From contig JAGLCR010000019.1 of the NCBI GenBank assembly GCA_023146135.1, positions 7,529 to 71,528 of the forward strand: a DNA stretch of 64,000 nucleotides. Direction: 5' to 3'. The translations under genes and the position numbers were made by a program. The notes below the pieces were generated by a model. That model did not search any database. It worked only from the letters and a program-made list of their open reading frames with translations, and was not told the origin of the DNA. Numbering within the stretch: the stretch's first letter is position 1; every line of letters starts with the position of its first letter. Positions 58,668 through 64,000 of this stretch are shown piece by piece. Source of the DNA: Bacteroidales bacterium. Lineage in GTDB: Bacteria > Bacteroidota > Bacteroidia > Bacteroidales > UBA1556.

Positions 58668-58946
58668 TTGAAAACACTTTCTTACAAAATATTAATAACC
58701 GGCCGTGTACAACAGGTCGGTTTTCGTTTTTATACACAACAGCGAGCAATAGATATTGGCATTAGCGGAAGCGTACAAAACCTACCCAATGGCGATGTAA
58801 TTATCATTGCATATGGTCCAGAAAATTTTATGCTTGAGTTTATTAACTGGCTTCATAGGGGTCCATCAAGAGCCAAAGTAATGCAGGTTGATTTACAAGA
58901 AATTCCTTTTGAGTTAGTAAGTGGATTTAATATTGCAAGTTATTAA
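58668..58946 (+). CDS. acyP: Acylphosphatase
   Basis: GRVQQVGFR (catalytic Arg), GSVQN (catalytic Asn), GPSRAKV; TTG start. Confidence 0.88.
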   Translation: MKTLSYKILITGRVQQVGFRFYTQQRAIDIGISGSVQNLPNGDVIIIAYGPENFMLEFINWLHRGPSRAKVMQVDLQEIPFELVSGFNIASY

Positions 58947-59638
58947 CCATTAACAGTTTTTACAGCACGTGTAATCTCCCTTTTACCACTTGGCCCAGGT
59001 ATTTTTTCCACTGAGAAACCCACTGTTTTCATCACCCTTCTCACCTGCCCTTTCACCGAATAAGTTGTCATAACAGCACCTTCCTTCATAGAGTGAAATA
59101 TTTTTCGAAACACTTTCTCGCTCCATAGGTCAGGCTGAACATCAGGGCCAAAAGCATCAAAGTAAACCACATCATAAAAATTATCAGGCAACTGTAAAAG
59201 GCGAATATCTTTTTGCTCCTTATACAGAGTGAAAAAATCATTAATCTTTTCTTCTCTTTCCCAATCGGACTGATGGAGCTTAAGGAATAATTCATGTTGG
59301 GAATTTTCATCACCCGAATAATTCAACTGACTATATTCTGACTCTAACAGGGGGTATTTCTCTACTCCATGGTAATGAATACGCAAACCATTCTCTAGGG
59401 CATATTGATAGCTTAGAAAAGTGTTTAAGCCAGTCCCAAAACCTATTTCCAACACATTCAAATTGCTACCATGCTTTGCCGAAAAAACTAAGGCATCTTT
59501 TATATAAATATGTCTTGCCTCCTGAATAGCACCATGTGATGAATGATAACTTTCATCCAGCTCAGGCACGCAAATTGAATGCGAACCATCGTCGGTAATA
59601 ATCAACTCCCTTGCTAATGTTTTATTGACAATATTCAT
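58943..59638 (-). CDS. mnmD: Stand-alone tRNA mnm5s2U34 methyltransferase (MnmC methyltransferase domain)
   Basis: TDDGS, ESYHS.HGAIQEA.H, LEIGFGTGLN, YFDAFGP..QPDLW, TTYS..G.VRR, GKRE. Confidence 0.92.
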   Translation of the reverse strand: MNIVNKTLARELIITDDGSHSICVPELDESYHSSHGAIQEARHIYIKDALVFSAKHGSNLNVLEIGFGTGLNTFLSYQYALENGLRIHYHGVEKYPLLESEYSQLNYSGDENSQHELFLKLHQSDWEREEKINDFFTLYKEQKDIRLLQLPDNFYDVVYFDAFGPDVQPDLWSEKVFRKIFHSMKEGAVMTTYSVKGQVRRVMKTVGFSVEKIPGPSGKREITRAVKTVNG

Positions 59639-59649
59639 AAGAATTATGC

Positions 59650-60360
59650 TTACTCAATATTTGTAAATACCTCTAGCACATCATCATCTTCATCTAGTTT
59701 ATTAAGCATTTTATTTATTTCATCTAGTTGCTCATCATTAAATATTACTGGCGAAGTTGAAAATCGCTGTAAAATCGACTTCGTGGGCTCAATACCCTGC
59801 TCTTCTAATGCCTTTGTAAGAGTTCCAAACGCCTTATAATCTCCACTTAAAACCACCACATCATCAATCAACTCTATTTCCTCTAAACCCGCATCAATCA
59901 ACTCCAGTTCTAATTCTTCAACATCAATATCGCTCGAATTTTCAAACTCAAATATAGCTTTACGTTCAAACATAAACTCCAATGAACCCGTAGGCACAAC
60001 ACTACCTCCGGCTTTATTAAAATAAGACTTTACATTTGCCACCGTACGAGTAGTATTATTTGTAGCACATTCAACAAAAACCAGAACTCCATGCGGGCCT
60101 TTACCCTCATAGTTCACCTCCACCATACTTTCAAACTCCTTGCTTGTAGCTCGTTTAATAGCTGCCAAAATATTATCTTTAGGCATATTGGCTGCCTTGG
60201 CATTTTGAATAGCTGTACGTAATGAAGGATTCATATCAGGGTCTGGACCACTTTCTTTGGCCGCAATCGTAATCTTATTTCCCAATTTAGGAAACACACG
60301 CGACATCATCCCCCAACGTTTTTCTTTTGCAGCTCTTCGATATTCAAATGCTCTTCCCAT
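59650..60360 (-). CDS. YebC/PmpR-family protein
   Basis: MGRAFEYR, GPDPDMNPSLR, ANMPKDNI, YEGKGPHG, DDDVLEVFTN. Confidence 0.95.
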   Translation of the reverse strand: MGRAFEYRRAAKEKRWGMMSRVFPKLGNKITIAAKESGPDPDMNPSLRTAIQNAKAANMPKDNILAAIKRATSKEFESMVEVNYEGKGPHGVLVFVECATNNTTRTVANVKSYFNKAGGSVVPTGSLEFMFERKAIFEFENSSDIDVEELELELIDAGLEEIELIDDVVVLSGDYKAFGTLTKALEEQGIEPTKSILQRFSTSPVIFNDEQLDEINKMLNKLDEDDDVLEVFTNIE

Positions 60361-60401
60361 AACAATTATCTTTCTGTTTTTTTTAATACATTTTGCGCTT
60401 G

Positions 60402-60409
60402 CAAAAATA
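60402..60409 (-). promoter_or_regulatory. -7 box (TATTTTTG) for the yebC-like/mnmD unit
   Basis: TAnnTTTG on the - strand. Confidence 0.5.
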
Positions 60410-60488
60410 GATAAATTTTGATTGTTGATTGGGTTCGAAATAATAAAATGATCGTTTATTCAAGCCTTTATACTTATTTCCTATGCTG

Positions 60489-60520
60489 CTTGACATCGCC
60501 TTCTGAAATTTGTATATTTG
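60489..60520 (+). promoter_or_regulatory. Promoter with CTTG (-33) and TATATTTG (-7), 20-bp spacing
   Basis: Bacteroidota consensus with correct spacing; about 160-nt leader to the next ATG. Confidence 0.55.
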
Positions 60521-60684
60521 GTGTATTATAAAGGAACAGCTTAAGAGTACTTGCTCTTGATAAGAAATAATTAGTATACGACATATCTTTCTTAGGAATT
60601 GTTATTCAGAAGGATTAAAGGCTCTATTTACAATTGATAATTAGATTAATTCAAATATAAATATTAACCTAAAAATCTAAAACT

Positions 60685-61362
60685 ATGAAAACACATTTTA
60701 TTCCCTTCTATCTAGCTCTAATTGTTTATTTCATTTTATTCAATAGCTGTGCTACTTTTAAGTCAAATGTTAAAGGCGGTTTTGAACAAACTGCTGTAAA
60801 GAACTACAATGCCCAAAAAGTTAATGTATTATTTATTTTTAGTCATTATCATCAATCCATTGGCTATGATGCAATACCAATATTGGAAAGTAGGCGTGAA
60901 TATATACAAGGTTTTGATAATTTTTTTCTTGATGCACTTAATGAGATAAGTAATATTGAGCGTTATTCAACTTATACTGAATTTGCTTCTGATGTAGGCG
61001 ATTCGAAGCGAAGAGCATTGAAAGATAGTTTATTAACCCAGCATGATATCACAATCAGAATGAAATTCAAACAAGAGACTTCTTTTCCAAAGTTTTTCTT
61101 TGGAACTATTGTGTCGTCACTTACTGTAACGATTTTCCCTATACGGTATCGATATAAGTGTAGTGTTGAAATGAATGTTTATAATTCAAAACAACAATTA
61201 ATAAAATCGTATACAAGAGATGCTATACTGAATAAATGGGTTCAAACCTTATTGATTGTTTTATATCCATTTCATAATCAGAAAAGTGAAAAAGAAGAAC
61301 TTTACGTTGAAATTATGCATGATTTATTTAAGCAAATAGAAACGGAGAAGATTCTTAAATAA
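60685..61362 (+). CDS. Hypothetical lipoprotein
   Basis: 225-aa ORF, lipobox FNSC, internal hydrophobic segment (FFFGTIVSSLTVTIFP). Confidence 0.7.
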   Translation: MKTHFIPFYLALIVYFILFNSCATFKSNVKGGFEQTAVKNYNAQKVNVLFIFSHYHQSIGYDAIPILESRREYIQGFDNFFLDALNEISNIERYSTYTEFASDVGDSKRRALKDSLLTQHDITIRMKFKQETSFPKFFFGTIVSSLTVTIFPIRYRYKCSVEMNVYNSKQQLIKSYTRDAILNKWVQTLLIVLYPFHNQKSEKEELYVEIMHDLFKQIETEKILK

Positions 61363-61724
61363 AAATGTATCGATTTAACTCTTTCATTTTTATTATTGAG
61401 GTGTCATTTTAGCGATTTGCAACCTAAATGCGAGCCGATTGATATAGGAAATTGAATATTTCTACAATTTAGTTTAGAGTATAAAAAAGGCTGAAAGTAG
61501 GATCATTCTCTTGAATTGTATTTGCTTCATCAATGAAATAATTAGTCCTCTTATTACACAGTGAAGTGAATTTTATTTGGGCTAAATTGACTTTACCTTT
61601 AAAATGAGTCTCTGGGACTGAAATTAAACGGTTATCTTTATCGGCGACATTGGTGTACTTCATTGGACAAATAATTAGTAAATATTTGTCTATAATACTG
61701 AATGTCGATATATAACAATTTATT

Positions 61725-62732
61725 TTGATGAAAATAACTTCACTTATAACTGGAGGAGCGGGCTTTATAGGTTCTCACCTTGTAAATCAACTACTAAAGC
61801 AAGACCATAAGGTTGTAGTTTTAGATGATCTTACGGGAGGGGACAAGGGAAATATCAACTCCGCAGCTCTATTTTATGAGGGTTCTATACTTGATGTTGA
61901 CTTAATAAACAGTCTTTTCGAAGAGTATAAATTTTCCTATGTTTATCATCTCGCTGCCTATGCAGCAGAAGGATTAAGTCATTTTATTAGAAAATTCAAC
62001 TATCAAAATAACTTAATCGGCAGCATTAATCTTATCAATGCATCGATTAATCATAAAGTAAAATGTTTTGTTTTCACTTCTTCTATAGCTGTGTATGGAA
62101 GCAATACGTTACCATTAATAGAAACACAACATCCACAACCAGAAGATCCATATGGAATAGCAAAATACGCTGTAGAGCTAGATCTAATAAATGCGCATAA
62201 GATGTTTGGCATGGATTATATTATTTTTAGGCCTCATAATGTATACGGTAAACATCAAAACATTGGGGACAGATATCGCAATGTTGTGGGTATATTTATG
62301 AATCAAATTTTGGAGAAAAAGCCACTGACCATTTTTGGGAATGGTGAACAAACAAGAGCTTTTACCCATATTGATGATGTAGCGCCTTATATTGCAAATT
62401 CGATAAATATTCCCAATGCTAGAAATACTGTTTTTAATATAGGAAGTGATAGGGTATATTCTGTAAAAGAATTAGCAATAGCAGTTAGTAATGCAATGCA
62501 ATCGGAGTTAAACCTAAAACAATTAGAAAAACGAGAAGAAGTGATTCATGCTTATGCTAATCATAAAAAGTTTGAAGCTGTTTTTAATCCTCAACAACAG
62601 CTCAGTTTAGAAACTGGTCTTTCGGAAATGGCCGAATGGGTAAAAATTCATGGCCCCCGTTTTAGTGTAGCATTTCAAAATATTGAAATAACGGAAAAAC
62701 TACCAGAATCCTGGAAAAAAACATCAAAGTAA
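61725..62732 (+). CDS. NAD-dependent nucleotide-sugar epimerase/dehydratase (extended SDR)
   Basis: TGGAGFIGSH, HLAA, FTSS, YGIAK (YxxxK), RPHNVYG, GEQTRAF; start may be ATG 61728. Confidence 0.92.
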   Translation: MMKITSLITGGAGFIGSHLVNQLLKQDHKVVVLDDLTGGDKGNINSAALFYEGSILDVDLINSLFEEYKFSYVYHLAAYAAEGLSHFIRKFNYQNNLIGSINLINASINHKVKCFVFTSSIAVYGSNTLPLIETQHPQPEDPYGIAKYAVELDLINAHKMFGMDYIIFRPHNVYGKHQNIGDRYRNVVGIFMNQILEKKPLTIFGNGEQTRAFTHIDDVAPYIANSINIPNARNTVFNIGSDRVYSVKELAIAVSNAMQSELNLKQLEKREEVIHAYANHKKFEAVFNPQQQLSLETGLSEMAEWVKIHGPRFSVAFQNIEITEKLPESWKKTSK

Positions 62733-63745
62733 TGACAAAGCAACCACTAGTTACGATTATTATGGCAGTTAAAGATACTGCTCCCTATTTGCACGATTGC
62801 TTGGATTCTATTTTGGCACAGACCTATCAAAATTGGGAACTTATTGCAGTAAATGATCATTCATCTGATGATAGCCCAAAAATTCTGCAAGAATATGCGG
62901 CAAAAGACTCTAGAGTTCGATTTTTTAATAGTGATAAACCAAAGCTTATACCCACATTACAGGTGGGATATGCAGAAACAAGAGGCACACTAATCAATAG
63001 AATGGACTCTGATGATAAGATGCCAGACTATAAAATACAAGTGCTCGTAGAAGAATGGAATAAATACGGAAAAGGAACTGTAATCGCTGGAGGAACTAAG
63101 CATTTTGTAGATGAAGGTGTTGTTGGTGGTGGATTTATTAAATACGAAGAGTGGCTTAATGAAGTTGCTCGAGCAAGTACTCATTATCAAGAAATTTACA
63201 GGGAGTGTGTAATCCCATCTCATTGTTGGCTTATTCATAAAGAGGATTTTGATGCAGTAGGAGCATTTGACCCACTAATATATCCAGAAGATTATGACCT
63301 CTGTTTTCGTTTCTATAAGCAGGGTTTAACTATTATCGGAATAGATAAAATATTGCATCATTGGAGAGATCGTTCTGACAGGATTTCACGTACCTGGGAA
63401 GAGTATAAGGATAATAGATATTTTGACCTTAAACTGCGGTTTTTCTATGAAATAGACAGAGATAAAACGCGACCTTTAGTATTGTGGGGCTGTGGAAAAA
63501 ACGGCAAAGACATGGCAAAGCTATTACAATCATATGGCGATAAATTTCATTGGGTATGTGATAGTGAGCGGAAAATAGGAAAAGATATTTATGGAGTGCG
63601 ATTAGAACATTATGAGAACATCAGAACAATGGAAAACCCTCAAATAATAATTGTAGTGGCATCTCCAACAGGAAAAAAAGAAATAGAAGAACAGCTAAAT
63701 TCATGGAATAAGAAGCCTGTTATTGATTTTTGGTTTTTTTCTTAG
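62732..63745 (+). CDS. GT2-family glycosyltransferase with C-terminal Rossmann-like domain
   Basis: VTIIMAV, SILAQTY..WELIAVNDHSSD, RMDSDD (DxD), EDYDL; C-terminal LVLWGCGKNGK. Confidence 0.9.
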   Translation: MTKQPLVTIIMAVKDTAPYLHDCLDSILAQTYQNWELIAVNDHSSDDSPKILQEYAAKDSRVRFFNSDKPKLIPTLQVGYAETRGTLINRMDSDDKMPDYKIQVLVEEWNKYGKGTVIAGGTKHFVDEGVVGGGFIKYEEWLNEVARASTHYQEIYRECVIPSHCWLIHKEDFDAVGAFDPLIYPEDYDLCFRFYKQGLTIIGIDKILHHWRDRSDRISRTWEEYKDNRYFDLKLRFFYEIDRDKTRPLVLWGCGKNGKDMAKLLQSYGDKFHWVCDSERKIGKDIYGVRLEHYENIRTMENPQIIIVVASPTGKKEIEEQLNSWNKKPVIDFWFFS

Positions 63746-64000
63746 TACATGTCGAAAATTTAGCTTCATTATTAAATCTGGTTTCACATCAACTAGTTGT
63801 ATATGCGTTTGGGCTAAAGCCCAAATTAAAAAGCTAAAAGTATTTTTATATATTCACCTTAATATCATTGTTTTACGATTTCTTTTGACGCTGACATCTA
63901 TTATTTTCTATGATTTTTTTCATTGTTTTCCTTTGGAAACCATTGAAATCAAGATCAGTTTTAATCTGTGTCAATAAAACATTGGCTCTATGTTAAATAG

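Noticed and set aside
60428-60445. GGTTCGAAAT resembling a tRNA T-loop
   Set aside because: No T-stem complement, acceptor stem or cloverleaf around it
61469-61663. 64-aa minus-strand ORF
   Set aside because: No recognisable motif and opposite to flanking genes; may be spurious or a remnant
63723-63977. 84-aa plus-strand ORF at the window end
   Set aside because: TTG start inside GT2, low-complexity Phe/Ile-rich translation of AT-rich DNA, and it runs through a hairpin element
1-64000. CRISPR array, IS/transposase, prophage, rRNA or tRNA
   Set aside because: No regularly spaced 25-45 bp repeats, no mobile-element ORFs, and no intergenic gap with structured-RNA gene hallmarks seen

Overview
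AT-rich, gene-dense core-genome segment of a Bacteroidota bacterium, probably an anaerobic or facultative Bacteroidales-type organism. Support for this: recurrent TAnnTTTG -7 promoter boxes, A-rich leaders without Shine-Dalgarno sites, T9SS cargo and plug proteins, and DUF5063/DUF5686/DUF4421 families. It holds about 60 CDSs, mostly housekeeping: split transketolase, ugd, two RluA synthases, pdxJ, era, pepT, msrBA, mnmH, argS, glnA, trxA, aroC, panB, crcB, acyP, mnmD and a YebC protein. There are also many envelope proteins and a GH92. I found no rRNA, tRNA, CRISPR array, transposase, integrase or prophage gene, and no large, clearly novel system. The best leads are small: a YciB/IspZ-NUDIX fusion; a tandem pseudo-acylphosphatase plus acylphosphatase pair; a permuted NlpC/P60 lipoprotein plus DUF4878 lipoprotein two-gene unit; a gluzincin-propeller-beta-barrel outer-membrane protein; an exported Msr/thioredoxin cluster; tRNA selenouridine capacity; degenerate 8-bp repeat arrays; and a possible cassette-recombination-site relic in an accessory-looking right end. 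Family assignments come from motif recognition by eye, not database searches. Several starts were shortened relative to the ORF track.
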